Part shown: positions 1-10,211 of the stretch, piece after piece | Layout of the letters: each line of letters opens with the position of its first letter | Numbering within the stretch: position 1 is the stretch's first letter | Assembly (NCBI GenBank): GCA_937974245.1 | Contig: CALJKV010000064.1 | Coordinates: 23,543 to 87,542, forward strand | Source of the DNA: an uncultured Chloroflexota bacterium | GTDB lineage: Bacteria > Chloroflexota > Anaerolineae > Aggregatilineales > Phototrophicaceae | Direction: 5' to 3' | DNA length: 64,000 bases | The notes under the pieces: model-generated | What the model was told of the DNA's origin: nothing | Seen by the model: the letters and a program-made list of their open reading frames with translations, nothing else | Databases searched by the model: none | Program-made: the position numbers and the translations under genes

Positions 1-92
1 ACCCCGTTCCGATATTGCCAAAAATGTAAAAAATGATTAATATGGAGTTGTAAAATCTATTCTGGGTCAATGCTTAATGCGGGGGTGTTAAC

Positions 93-851
93 ATGACGAT
101 TGCAGTCACACGCAGTCAACCAGTCACAGGGGAAGAGCTTATTTCTCGTGCGACGCAAACTGCTTATAATCAGCTTATTGAACTCCACCAGGTGCTTTAT
201 CCACGTATACGGAATCATAAGATTGATCTGCATACGCGCTGGCAAAAAACCAATGTTGTCACTTTTGATTCCGCTGCTACAACGGTTCAAGGAGAAGATA
301 CGGCTGCACTGGTCTATTTCCGTTCACGCGAGCAGGCCGTCCAGGTGGAGCGGTTGATGGGTAAAGATGGCGCGATGGTCAATAGTGTGATTGAAACTTA
401 CCGTCACCCATTGATCGAAGTGCGCCTGACACCGCAAAACCTGGTGGTTGAACTCATCGTTTCTCCTGGCGCCTGGTACGACCAGCAGAACCTGGCGGGC
501 AAGATGATGCTCCCCCAAAGCAATGATGAATTTCGGGCGCTGTTAAAAAAACTCGGTACCGGTTTTCACTTTGGTTTCTGGGATGGTCTCGAACTGGGGG
601 AGATGCAGATTGAGGTTGAGTATCTGCTGCGCGGGCGGGTTCTAAATGAGTGGATGGATACGTTTGCGGCAGGCTATGACTGGCTACGGATCGGCAAATG
701 GTATACACGCGATGAAGCGGTGCTGGATACCCCAAACCTCATCAATGATGTTTTCGCAGCTATTCAACATCTGCATGACATTTACGAGTTTTTGCGCTGG
801 ACAAGCAATAATAACTATCGCAGTTTCTTTGAGAAGCGTCGCCGGTCATAA
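93..851 (+). CDS. hypothetical protein (252 aa)
   Basis: Long ORF with an ATG start, the dominant frame in this interval. Overlapping ORFs are short shadow ORFs. No family recognised by eye. Confidence 0.55.
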   Translation: MTIAVTRSQPVTGEELISRATQTAYNQLIELHQVLYPRIRNHKIDLHTRWQKTNVVTFDSAATTVQGEDTAALVYFRSREQAVQVERLMGKDGAMVNSVIETYRHPLIEVRLTPQNLVVELIVSPGAWYDQQNLAGKMMLPQSNDEFRALLKKLGTGFHFGFWDGLELGEMQIEVEYLLRGRVLNEWMDTFAAGYDWLRIGKWYTRDEAVLDTPNLINDVFAAIQHLHDIYEFLRWTSNNNYRSFFEKRRRS

Positions 852-1012
852 CTTGGTGCGGCACCAAAGTACACATGAATTCAAACGACTGTAATCGTTC
901 AAGTGTGGTGTGTCATCAGTTGCCGACATAAACCCTGGAACTGATAATCCGTACCCGTTTCAGCGAAGGCATTTATTCTGTTGTTGTTTTCGACGCTGAG
1001 GTAAAACAGCCA

Positions 1013-1879
1013 TCAGATGGTCGTGAATGCAACGCCCTCTAGTCCTATGATAAGATCATCCACGGCGAATTCGTCAGCAATGACACGCATGGTCTCAATC
1101 ATGAGCGAACGCATTGCGGGCAGGAGGATTTCGGGATCATCTTTGGTCAGCAGAAGATCAATAGTCTGGATGAGGGTTAGCGGCTTCTGAGTCATTTCTT
1201 GAATACCTTCGTTATACCATTTCACGTCCGGTATCCACAGTCTGTTATAAGCGAACAGAATATTGAGAATGCTCTTGATATTCGTCATTTGGCGCGTGCG
1301 CAAATCAACAATCTGGTGGCGATATGCGGCGGCTTCTGCAAAAAAAACATCGGCAACCCCGATTTTCCAGCGCCACCACGCCAGTTGCTGTTCGATAATG
1401 TTACGGCGCAGGTCCTCGGGGTAATCCTGTATGCGCGTTCTGTATTTCTGCAGGCGGGGTGCATCGCCAATCGGTACAAGATGTGATACCATCCAGGGGC
1501 CGGAGGGATCCTGAGGTAGTTGGTTGGCATCAAGTGCGGTGAAGATTTCGTCTAACCGATTCCACGTCTGCCAGATGGTGCAGACTTTGACGCCATCCAT
1601 GACATACTCAAGATAAAGCGCTTTGTCCGGCTCTAACGATTCGCGCATGAGTTTTGCATCACGACTTAAAGACTCAATCCACGTTTTGTAGATAGGGACA
1701 TCCTGCAATTCACCCATCCAGAACGGGATTTCACAGTCGGAAAATTGGTCAGCGCGACCCCGTGCAACTGATCCCGATACAGCGGCTTCATCATATAAAG
1801 AGGTAGGGCAAGCCTCGATCAGCCTCATGGCGTAGGTAAACAGTATTTGACTATGTCGAGTTGCGTGGCTAGGGAGCAT
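1013..1879 (-). CDS. putative nucleotidyltransferase-domain protein
   Basis: The N-terminal motif VSGSVARGRADQFSDCEI resembles the GS-x(n)-D-x-D/E signature of the minimal nucleotidyltransferase fold. The remainder is helical, similar to KNTase or DUF4037 tails. By-eye call only. Confidence 0.5.
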   Translation of the reverse strand: MLPSHATRHSQILFTYAMRLIEACPTSLYDEAAVSGSVARGRADQFSDCEIPFWMGELQDVPIYKTWIESLSRDAKLMRESLEPDKALYLEYVMDGVKVCTIWQTWNRLDEIFTALDANQLPQDPSGPWMVSHLVPIGDAPRLQKYRTRIQDYPEDLRRNIIEQQLAWWRWKIGVADVFFAEAAAYRHQIVDLRTRQMTNIKSILNILFAYNRLWIPDVKWYNEGIQEMTQKPLTLIQTIDLLLTKDDPEILLPAMRSLMIETMRVIADEFAVDDLIIGLEGVAFTTI

Positions 1880-2013
1880 TGCGTCCCTTCTGTTCCTTCT
1901 ACTTGGAATAGACGGAGTATGGTAGTGATATGTTGGGTTGGAATGCCTGTCTGGCCGGGCAATCTTTCATCCAATCCTGCACGACCATCCCCTGTGATCG
2001 ACCGGATACGACC

Positions 2014-2244
2014 CTAAAACGATAAACCATCGTCCTCACGGATTATTTCGACTGTGCCATCATTCAGACCCCGCCGCAGCGCATCGGTATCCAGGTCAAC
2101 GATGCCTTTGCCGGCGATAGTGATGTATTGGCTGTCCGCGCTAATCACACTGCCTTTGGCGAGTAATTTGCCGTATTCCAGCACGGTGACATACTCTCCC
2201 AGGCGGGGGAGTCGGTGGCGTTCTAACCGGCGTAACAAACTCAT
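2014..2244 (-). CDS. small hypothetical protein (76 aa)
   Basis: ORF lies directly downstream of the FolC-like gene on the same strand. No recognisable family. Confidence 0.4.
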   Translation of the reverse strand: MSLLRRLERHRLPRLGEYVTVLEYGKLLAKGSVISADSQYITIAGKGIVDLDTDALRRGLNDGTVEIIREDDGLSF

Positions 2245-2301
2245 TTCGCACGCTTCCCGTCTTCAGTTACGTAAATCCCCTCAAGCATACCATAAACCCG
2301 C

Positions 2302-3663
2302 TCAGATTGTCTCATACGAGTGCCCCCACAGCGCCGCAGCGTCCGCCAGAATTGACTGTGTCCCGGCAATCAAAATCGTCCCCGTTGTGCCAACAAACTC
2401 CTTTGCCTGATCTACGGCTTCAACCAGGGTGGGCAGATAGCGGACATCCGGGTTATGTTCACGAGCGAGAGATGTCGCCGCCGACGAGTCCGGGAAGTGC
2501 AGAATCGGGTTGCGGGTGGTTTGTGTCAGGATGAGACGGTGACACGTTTTGCCCATAACGGCATACACACCGGGATAGTCTTTGTCATCCGGCACGGCCA
2601 CAATCCCGACGACTGGTGAGGCGAGATCATCCCGCACACTTTCGACAAATGCCGCTGCTGACTCAGCATTAATCGCGCCATCTATGAAAATGAGTGGTTT
2701 CTCCTGGAGTTTCTGGCAGCGCCCCGGCCAGGTGACATCGGCCAGCCCGGCGCGGATATGTTCCACATATTCCGGTGAACCGTGCGGAAGCCCTGCCAAC
2801 CGTCCGTGAATGTTGCCCGCCGCGATGACTGCCAGCGTAGCGTTTAACGCCTGATAACGCCCCCGCAGTGACAGCGTAACATCACCGTACCGACTCAAAT
2901 TAAGCCGGATTCCGTTATCCGCCGGGCCGGTGTATTGTGCGATTTCTCCCGGGGAAATCCAATTGAACTCGGCGTTTTGCATGTCCGCCTCGGTGCGCAG
3001 CATATCCAGCACTTCCTGCGGTTGCGACACACTATAGGCGTAACTGTAGGGCTTGATGATGCCTGCTTTATGCCAGGCAATACGGGCAAGCGTTGGCCCC
3101 AGATAGTCCGGGTGTTCCAGCATGATCGGCGTGAATAGTGAAAGTTTATTCGGCACCAGGGCGATATCATCAAAACGTCCGCCACGTCCGACTTCCACGA
3201 CTGCCACTGTGATTCCCTGCTCGTCAAACCATTGCAAGGCCACCGCCAGAAAAATCCCCTGTGGGCTGAAGTAGGTTATTTCCGGAAGCGATTCTTCAAT
3301 TTTGTCAATCTCAGGCGCGAGATGGGAGAGAATACGCAGGAAATCCGACTGGGGGATCATCTGGCCGTTGATGCGAATCCGTTCGCGCCAACTGACCAGG
3401 TGTGGGCTGGTCATCATCCCGACCCGATGGCCCAGGTGTTGCAGCAGCTTGGCGGTGATAACCGTCGTCGAACCCTTGCCTTTACTGCCGGTAACAACCG
3501 CGTACTCGCGGGGCGCTGCCAGCAGGTTATGTGCCAGCAGCAGGCGGGTCGTGGGGCTGGTGTTGCGACTGTGCTCGTCCAGCCCGCGATCCATACCGCG
3601 CAGTTTCCGCAGTGACCGGAAGATATAGGTGATGGCCTGTTCTTCTGTCGTAAAACGCAGCAT
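2302..3663 (-). CDS. Mur ligase family protein, folylpolyglutamate synthase (FolC)-like
   Basis: P-loop VTGSKGKGSTT followed by MTSPHL, and later VVEVGRGGRFD and HKAGIIKP. This order of motifs is typical of FolC/Mur ligases. Confidence 0.75.
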   Translation of the reverse strand: MLRFTTEEQAITYIFRSLRKLRGMDRGLDEHSRNTSPTTRLLLAHNLLAAPREYAVVTGSKGKGSTTVITAKLLQHLGHRVGMMTSPHLVSWRERIRINGQMIPQSDFLRILSHLAPEIDKIEESLPEITYFSPQGIFLAVALQWFDEQGITVAVVEVGRGGRFDDIALVPNKLSLFTPIMLEHPDYLGPTLARIAWHKAGIIKPYSYAYSVSQPQEVLDMLRTEADMQNAEFNWISPGEIAQYTGPADNGIRLNLSRYGDVTLSLRGRYQALNATLAVIAAGNIHGRLAGLPHGSPEYVEHIRAGLADVTWPGRCQKLQEKPLIFIDGAINAESAAAFVESVRDDLASPVVGIVAVPDDKDYPGVYAVMGKTCHRLILTQTTRNPILHFPDSSAATSLAREHNPDVRYLPTLVEAVDQAKEFVGTTGTILIAGTQSILADAAALWGHSYETI

Positions 3664-3692
3664 ATTTATGCCCCTTACGGTAGTAACACCGG

Positions 3693-5576
3693 CTAGCGCA
3701 GTTCGAGGTGGGCGGCGGCTAACTGCCCCCAGATCGAAGTCGGGTCGTCACTCCATAAGGTGAAATAGGCCTGACGCGCATCGTCACGGGTACCCATCAG
3801 ATCGTAGCTGAAGGCCTGTAAGAAACGCGCTGAAGAATCGAGCGGCACGCCGGGGTTTTCCTGCATCAGGTTGTCCAGCTGGCCCAGTACCGAGCCAGGG
3901 GCGTTCGTATCCAGCAGCATCGGCCATGAGCCTGGCGGTGGCATGAGTTTCACAGGGCGTTCGGACACCCGTTGGAAAGAGGACGGTGGGTCAATAGCTT
4001 CGGCTGTATAGGTCTCGCGGGAAAGTGGGGCGAACGCCCACCAGTAGTCGTAGCCATCGAATATCAGGCGAACCGCCTGCCGGTCAAACTGGCCGACTGC
4101 GGAGAGTGTCACCACATCACCTACAATGAAGCCTCGCATCTCCAACTGGTCACGGACCGGCAAATCGCGGCGCAGTGGGGCCTGTGTGAACTGGCGGGCC
4201 AGCACCTCATCTACCTTACAGACCCCGTACAGGGTTGCGTGTTGCAGGGCAGCACAGATTGTCAGTGGTGTTGTATTGGATTGGGCGGCGACTTCCTGGA
4301 AGGCGGCAACCTGCCCGGCCAACCATGACCCCGGTTCCGCCGTTCCCGCCAGTCGTTCAACCTGACCGAGCGCCAGGTCGGCCCGACCTTCCAGCACACG
4401 CAGCAGCGCGACCGTCATCGCGGCCCGGTCTATCGCGGCCCGGTCATTTACGGTAGCCGTTTGGATTAATTCTTCAATCGTGCTGACAGCGTCCTCAACC
4501 GGTAGTTCAAAAAATGGTTCGGCCTGATACAGCCGGCAGCCTGTTGAATCCTGTAAGCGAAACTCACCCGGTTCGGCGCTGGGACGGAAGAAGTTAAATG
4601 TCCACGCCCAGGTGACGTTTCGTTCTCCCAGGCAGCCCCACTCTGGTGATTCAATCTGGTATTCGAGTACGGTGAAACTGCTGCCCTCACGCGGCCATTC
4701 GACCAGTTCACCGACCCGGATCGTCTGCCCTGGCAGGACCAGGCTGGTGATGGCCTGACCGCGCCAGCCGAAAACCCGGTATTCCCGGTTGACGCTACCC
4801 GCATAGTTTACGGTCAGCACGAATTCTTCCAGGCGATCATCATCCACATCGCCCAATCGTTCGAGATTAATCTGTTCAATCGCGTTGAAAGGTGCCGCCG
4901 GAACCCCTTCCGCACCATTCAGGACAGTAAAGTTGGTTCCTTGCTGGCGGGCAGGCATGTAGTCATCGTACAGAACAGCATCGGCTGTTGTAGCATCTGC
5001 CGGGTAGCGGATATGCACCAGCGCGTCCCGCGTCTCCGTGCCTGCCAGATTGAAAGGCATTATTGTCAGGGAAAAATCGGCGGCGGTGACGGTGTTAAAG
5101 ACTTCAAACGACGCCCCGGATTCGCTTAACAGCGCGGCTATAAACGGGCGCACTACTCCACGCATATCTACCATTCCGCGCGGCGCGGCCAGCATCGCCC
5201 GGAGAAGTTGCTCGCGTTGTTCTGGTCGGCGCGGCGCATTCGGGAAACGCTCGGCCAGTTCAAGTTGTAACAGACGAATGACCCGTCCGCGTTCGCTTTC
5301 CCCGGCAGCCAACCGCCGCACTTGTTCCAGCAGCACGTTCACGAGAGCCATCTCGTCCCAGCGACGCAGCGCATAACGCTCCTGGGGGGCAGACGGCACG
5401 GCAATCACCGGGCTGAGCAGTGGCTGTGGCGTGTTGGTAGCAAAGGCCAGCGGCGGCGGTGGAGGTGTATTTGTCGTAAATCCAGGTGGGTTTTGCTGGG
5501 CCGTAATGGGCATGGCAGCGGCCAGCAGCAGAATGGCGACCAGGCATAACCATCCAAACAAATACCGGAAGCGCAT
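3693..5576 (-). CDS. secreted hypothetical protein (627 aa)
   Basis: N-terminal signal-like hydrophobic segment MRFRYLFGWLCLVAILLLAAAMPITAQ, followed by a Pro/Thr-rich stretch. No catalytic motif recognised. Confidence 0.6.
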   Translation of the reverse strand: MRFRYLFGWLCLVAILLLAAAMPITAQQNPPGFTTNTPPPPPLAFATNTPQPLLSPVIAVPSAPQERYALRRWDEMALVNVLLEQVRRLAAGESERGRVIRLLQLELAERFPNAPRRPEQREQLLRAMLAAPRGMVDMRGVVRPFIAALLSESGASFEVFNTVTAADFSLTIMPFNLAGTETRDALVHIRYPADATTADAVLYDDYMPARQQGTNFTVLNGAEGVPAAPFNAIEQINLERLGDVDDDRLEEFVLTVNYAGSVNREYRVFGWRGQAITSLVLPGQTIRVGELVEWPREGSSFTVLEYQIESPEWGCLGERNVTWAWTFNFFRPSAEPGEFRLQDSTGCRLYQAEPFFELPVEDAVSTIEELIQTATVNDRAAIDRAAMTVALLRVLEGRADLALGQVERLAGTAEPGSWLAGQVAAFQEVAAQSNTTPLTICAALQHATLYGVCKVDEVLARQFTQAPLRRDLPVRDQLEMRGFIVGDVVTLSAVGQFDRQAVRLIFDGYDYWWAFAPLSRETYTAEAIDPPSSFQRVSERPVKLMPPPGSWPMLLDTNAPGSVLGQLDNLMQENPGVPLDSSARFLQAFSYDLMGTRDDARQAYFTLWSDDPTSIWGQLAAAHLELR

Positions 5577-5747
5577 GATGTATTCTCCCCTTTGAACGGT
5601 AATGCCAGTAGTTTAGCACATTAGCAATCGGAAAACCGCCAGAAAGACGACTCAGGAGCAATGAGCATTGTCAGTGGTGATAATCGTCCTGTGGAAACAA
5701 AAAAGAGGCTGTCGCCCCTTTAAAAAACCCATTCCAGATGAATACAA

Positions 5748-6224
5748 TCATCCGCGAATGAAACTCACATGCAGTACAAGATGGCCCAGGCGCAGGTCAT
5801 CCCCGTCCCTCAGGATACGTGGTTGGTTTGGTACGAGCCGTTGCCCATTGAGGTACGAACCGTTATGGCTGCCCAGGTCAACGATGTTCAACGCACCATC
5901 CCGTTTGACAATGACGATGTGGCGGCGTGATACCCCTTTGTCCTGTGCATCATAGGGCTCCAGGTCAATATCGGGGATTTCGTTAGAATCCGGGTCACGG
6001 CGGCCAAGCACCAGCTCTTCAATCGAGTTGGCGTCGTAAACGAAGGCTTCTTTTGCCCCACGTACCTTCAGCACCAGGTTCGTGCGATCCCCAAAACGCG
6101 CCGAACCCCATCGCGGCTCGTTTTCTTCGGTATCGGTATCGCCCAATGCCCGTGTGGATACATTCCGCAAGGCAGCATCCTGTAAATCATCCTGGGGTTC
6201 TTGATTGTCGGTCACTTTGTTCAC
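5748..6224 (-). CDS. FHA domain-containing protein
   Basis: C-terminal FHA signature: VLGRRD...VSRRHIVI...LNIVDLGSHNGSYLNGQRL...LRDGDDLRLG. GTG start. Confidence 0.8.
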   Translation of the reverse strand: MNKVTDNQEPQDDLQDAALRNVSTRALGDTDTEENEPRWGSARFGDRTNLVLKVRGAKEAFVYDANSIEELVLGRRDPDSNEIPDIDLEPYDAQDKGVSRRHIVIVKRDGALNIVDLGSHNGSYLNGQRLVPNQPRILRDGDDLRLGHLVLHVSFIRG

Positions 6225-6882
6225 CCGTAAATCAATATTGGTATTTTGTTTGTCCGTCGTCTCCGCACCTGGAAATCCTTTAAGCGTGGTGCGAACATTA
6301 TCGCACGGAAGTGTTGTGGTGCAGGTTAATCATTACAATATACCTCAAAATTAGCAGAGATTGTTGAAGTTAGCTGACCACAAACTTCATTGTAGCAAAT
6401 TTTCCAGCAAGTGATGAGAGATAGTACCAATGATTAATATGTTCATTGTATCATTCTTTGGAGGACTAACCACAAAATCGGGCACAAAGTTAGAAAATAC
6501 AACCTTTCTCAGCCTGCTCCGTCACATTGATAGATGATACTAAAGATGTTTTACAGCTATGGATAGCGGGCTTCAAGCCCTGCGCTTCCCTCCAACAATC
6601 GGTGATTGTCGCTTCAAACGCTCCATTGGATTATGACCAGCGGGAACTGTTTTCTCATAGGGTGTTTATATTCATCTTATTGACCTCTGATGCTTTGCCC
6701 GTTATTATCGAATTGTGTCGTATTTAAGCAACAGTTACCTACCCCTGTTTTTCTCCTGAATCCTGTTTGTGGGAAAAGTAGTGTGTTTTGACGAGCGTGG
6801 ATTATAATCTGGGTATCGTAGAGCTACGATAGAAAGGAAAAAGGCGCATCTACCGGCAGACCGGTTTTGGCCGCCGTTTCTC

Positions 6883-8793
6883 GTGAATAACAAACCATCC
6901 AATGAATCTCCCAACAACAACTCCCCCCTGCCGAACCGGAACGCCCAGCGTTTCTGGTTGATTCTAGGCGCGGTGGTGTTGGTTCTGTTTCTGTTCGCTT
7001 TCGCCACACCCAGTAACTTTTCATCCGACAACCGCCTTACTTTAGATCGTTTCTCCCAGGATATCATTCAAGGCTCAGTAGCCGAAATCCAAGTCTATGG
7101 CGGACAGGATGTTGTCATCATCTATAAAGATGGCACCCGCGCGACCTATTACAAAGAGCGCGAAACCAACCTGTTCGATGCGCTCCAGACTTTCGGCGTA
7201 TCGAGGACCGATATTGCCGGGATCACCTATTCCGAAGAGCAGGGTGATAACACTTTCGGCATATTGTTCCAGGTGTTTGCCGCCATTATCCCCACACTGC
7301 TGATTATCTGGTTATTGTGGCGCATGATGCGTTCGGTACGTTCCGGACAGGATCAGGCACTGAGTTTTGGCCGCAGCCGCGCCCGTGTAACCCGTGACAT
7401 GGAACGCCCTCAGGTGACGTTTAGCGATGTGGCTGGGGCGGAAGAAGCCAAAGAAGAACTGAAAGAAATCGTTGAGTTTCTCAAAGAGCCGGAAAAGTTC
7501 ATCCGCCTGGGGGCGCGTATCCCCAAAGGTGTCCTGATGATTGGCCCGCCAGGAACCGGCAAGACGCTCATGGCACGGGCAGTGGCCGGGGAAGCCGCTG
7601 TACCGTTCTTCAGTATCTCTGGGTCGGAATTTGTGGAAATGTTTGTCGGCGTCGGCGCATCCCGCGTGCGTGATCTGTTTGAACGTGCCAAAGCCGAAGC
7701 TCCCGCCATCATCTTTGTGGACGAAATTGACGCTGTAGGGCGGCATCGTGGCGCGGGGTTGGGTGGCGGTCATGACGAACGTGAACAAACGCTCAACCAG
7801 ATTCTGGTCGAAATGGATGGGTTTGAGACCGGCACGAACCTGATTATCATGGCGGCCACCAATCGCCCGGACATCCTCGACCCGGCGCTGCTGCGTCCTG
7901 GCCGCTTTGACCGCAAAGTGGTGATGGATAACCCTGACGTGAAAGGCCGAGAGGAAATTCTCAAGGTGCATGTGAAGGGCAAGCCACTGGCGAATGATGC
8001 TGACCTGGAATCGATGGCGAAAATCACTGCTGGTTTTTCTGGCGCTGACCTGGAAAACCTGATTAACGAGGCGGCTATCCTGACTGCCCGGCGCAACAAA
8101 AAGGCCATCGGGATGAGCGAACTCCAGGAGAGTATGGAGCGCGTCATCATGGGGCCGGAGCGCAAGACTCGTGTGATTACCGACGACGAAAAGCTCAAGA
8201 CCGCCTACCATGAAGCGGGACATGCGATTTTAGGGCATCTGCTGGAAAACGCGGACGCCGTTCACAAGATTACCATCATCCCGCGGGGGCGTGCCGGGGG
8301 CTATGTCCTTTCGCTGCCGGAAGATGGCCTGTACCGCACTCGTGAATGGTTTGAAGACCGGATCGCGATGGGTATGGGGGGCCGGGCGGCGGAAGATATT
8401 GTCTTCAACCAGTTCACCACTGGCGCCAGCAGTGACTTGCAACAGGCAACCGGGATGGCGCGGGCGATGATTACGCAGTACGGTATGAGCGACGCGCTGG
8501 GGCCGCGCACCTTTGGCAGCGGCAGTGGGGCGGTGTTCCTGGGGCGTGAGATGTACGAGCAGCGCGACTATAGTGAACACGTCGCTGAAGAGATTGATAA
8601 GGAAGTCCTGCGTATCGTGCGGACCGCCTATGACCGGGCAAAGAACATCCTGTCAGAGAATCGCAACCGGCTGGATGAGCTGGCGCGGGTGTTGATCGAA
8701 CAGGAAACGCTGGATCGGACTGGCTTTGAGGCCATTATGAACACCGCGCTCAACGGCGCCCTCCCGGCACTTGAAGACCAATCCGAAGCATAA
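6883..8793 (+). CDS. ftsH: ATP-dependent zinc metalloprotease FtsH
   Basis: Two N-terminal TM segments, Walker A GPPGTGKT, Walker B IIFVDEID, second region of homology, and zinc motif HEAGHA. GTG start; no clear RBS seen. Confidence 0.95.
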   Translation: MNNKPSNESPNNNSPLPNRNAQRFWLILGAVVLVLFLFAFATPSNFSSDNRLTLDRFSQDIIQGSVAEIQVYGGQDVVIIYKDGTRATYYKERETNLFDALQTFGVSRTDIAGITYSEEQGDNTFGILFQVFAAIIPTLLIIWLLWRMMRSVRSGQDQALSFGRSRARVTRDMERPQVTFSDVAGAEEAKEELKEIVEFLKEPEKFIRLGARIPKGVLMIGPPGTGKTLMARAVAGEAAVPFFSISGSEFVEMFVGVGASRVRDLFERAKAEAPAIIFVDEIDAVGRHRGAGLGGGHDEREQTLNQILVEMDGFETGTNLIIMAATNRPDILDPALLRPGRFDRKVVMDNPDVKGREEILKVHVKGKPLANDADLESMAKITAGFSGADLENLINEAAILTARRNKKAIGMSELQESMERVIMGPERKTRVITDDEKLKTAYHEAGHAILGHLLENADAVHKITIIPRGRAGGYVLSLPEDGLYRTREWFEDRIAMGMGGRAAEDIVFNQFTTGASSDLQQATGMARAMITQYGMSDALGPRTFGSGSGAVFLGREMYEQRDYSEHVAEEIDKEVLRIVRTAYDRAKNILSENRNRLDELARVLIEQETLDRTGFEAIMNTALNGALPALEDQSEA

Positions 8794-8816
8794 CCTCAAC
8801 AGGCTGTGAAAATGAA

Positions 8817-8850
8817 GCGCCCCAGACCGGATAATCTGGGGCGTTTTCGT
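8817..8850. terminator. intrinsic terminator-like hairpin between convergent ftsH and the PRTase gene
   Basis: Stem GCGCCCCAGA / TCTGGGGCG with an 8-nt loop, followed by TTTTCGTTT on the plus strand. Confidence 0.6.
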
Positions 8851-8872
8851 TTGGCAGTGAACAGGATGCGGC

Positions 8873-9424
8873 CTATTCTATCCACACCGGCAGATGGCCG
8901 AGCGCAATTATGTTCGACCAGGTGGCGCGATCTCCTTCGGTGAAGATGGCTGCTTCGGCCACGATGTTCGCCCCTGCCTTCCCCAGGATCAGGCGCATTC
9001 CCTGAAGTGTGCTACCGGTGGAAATCACATCATCTATGAGGACGACCCGTTTGCCTTTGACCAGTACCCGGTCTTTTTCATCCAGGAACAGGGTTTGCGG
9101 TGTGCCGGTGGTAATGCTCAACGTTTCCGATTGCAGCGCGTCGCCCATATAGGGCTTGTATGACTTGCGCAAGACAACATAGGGGATCAGATTCATCTCT
9201 TCAGAAAGGGCATAAGCCAGTGGAATACTTTTGGCCTCGGCAGTCACCAGTGCATCTGGTTGGTATGCCATCAGCATCGGCGCGAGTTCCCGACTGGCCG
9301 CCTGTACCAGTTCGGTATCCCCTAAAATGTTCAGAATCGCGATTTTGACGCCCGGCTTAATCTCAAATAGACGCAGGTCACGTTTTACCCCAGCGACCTG
9401 TACGGGGTGTGTTTCGTAGGCCAT
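8873..9424 (-). CDS. phosphoribosyltransferase family protein (purine/adenine PRTase-like)
   Basis: PRPP-binding motif VVLIDDVISTGST. Start moved to the ATG at 9424 (MAYETHPV) because GAGGTG lies 5-6 nt upstream. Confidence 0.8.
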   Translation of the reverse strand: MAYETHPVQVAGVKRDLRLFEIKPGVKIAILNILGDTELVQAASRELAPMLMAYQPDALVTAEAKSIPLAYALSEEMNLIPYVVLRKSYKPYMGDALQSETLSITTGTPQTLFLDEKDRVLVKGKRVVLIDDVISTGSTLQGMRLILGKAGANIVAEAAIFTEGDRATWSNIIALGHLPVWIE

Positions 9425-9529
9425 GTGGCACCTCATTTAACAGAAAAAACAAACAGCATCCAGGAATTATAGCGGATGCTGTCTATTTTTCGAGCTTGTG
9501 CCGGGTCAAAAACGCACTTGTCGCCTACT

Positions 9530-10078
9530 TTATGCCGGGACTGCTTCCGCCACCCGAATCGCTTCCAGGTCAAGACTGATCCTGACATCTTTGCTCACCA
9601 GCCAACCGCCGGTTTCGAGAGCCATGTTCCAGGTCAGGCCGAAGTCCTCACGATTGATGGTGACACTGCCAGAGAACCCGGCGCGTTCGTCACCCCAGGG
9701 GCTTTTAGCCACGCCCAGCAGGTCAGCATCCAGCACCACCGGGCGCGTCACGTCACGGATTGTCAGGTTGCCGGTGATCTTAGCACTGTTTCCGTCAGCG
9801 CTGGGTTCGACTTTCGTACTCTTGAAGGTGATCGTCGGGTACTGCTCGACATTCAGGAAGTCGGGGCTTTTCAGGTGGTTGTCGCGGTCTGTTACGCCGG
9901 TTGTGGTCATCGAACGAGTGTCAATCACCGCTTCTACCGAAGCCGCCGCCGGGTTTTCCGGGTCGTATTCCAGTGTGCCAGTGACACTGGTAAAGCCGCC
10001 ACGCACGGTGGTAATCATCATGTGCCGGGCAGCGAAGGTCGCTGCGGTGTGGGTCGGGTCAAAATTCCAGGTTGCCAT
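9530..10078 (-). CDS. YceI family periplasmic/polyisoprenoid-binding-like protein
   Basis: N-terminus WNFDPTHTAATFAARHMMITTVRGGF and overall length match the YceI-like domain. GGAGG RBS upstream. Confidence 0.8.
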   Translation of the reverse strand: MATWNFDPTHTAATFAARHMMITTVRGGFTSVTGTLEYDPENPAAASVEAVIDTRSMTTTGVTDRDNHLKSPDFLNVEQYPTITFKSTKVEPSADGNSAKITGNLTIRDVTRPVVLDADLLGVAKSPWGDERAGFSGSVTINREDFGLTWNMALETGGWLVSKDVRISLDLEAIRVAEAVPA

Positions 10079-10115
10079 CAGGGATTATCCTCCATAGGTC
10101 AGGTACTTTGGCATT

Positions 10116-10135
10116 AAACGGACTACAGTCCGTTT
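10116..10135. promoter_or_regulatory. 20-nt palindromic operator-like site (copy 1), 38 nt upstream of the yceI start
   Basis: AAACGGACTACAGTCCGTTT has 8-bp inverted arms (AAACGGAC / GTCCGTTT) around TACA. An identical copy lies at 10192-10211. Confidence 0.45.
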
Positions 10136-10191
10136 GTTACTTCCAAAAAGATACCATAGTTATTCCCAAAAATCCATTAAAGGAGGATTAG

Positions 10192-10211
10192 AAACGGACT
10201 ACAGTCCGTTT
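10192..10211. promoter_or_regulatory. 20-nt palindromic operator-like site (copy 2), overlapping the TetR stop codon
   Basis: Exact repeat of AAACGGACTACAGTCCGTTT, 56 nt from copy 1. Confidence 0.45.

Noticed and set aside
6527-7067. Two short ORFs (66 aa on the plus strand, 110 aa on the minus strand) in the AT-rich spacer upstream of ftsH.
   Set aside because: They have no RBS and no recognisable domains. The 110-aa ORF overlaps the ftsH start region on the opposite strand.
7312-8223. 303-aa ORF antisense to ftsH. Similar long antisense ORFs occur at 11819-12808 (ychF), 16157-16981 (kinase), 30245-30970 (glmS), 37133-38056 and 39160-39960 (comEC/GT4), 47771-48511 and 9476-10117 (yceI).
   Set aside because: Each lies fully inside a gene whose product has clear family motifs on the other strand. 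Their translations are Arg/Gly/His-rich with no motifs, which is typical of shadow ORFs in GC-rich DNA.
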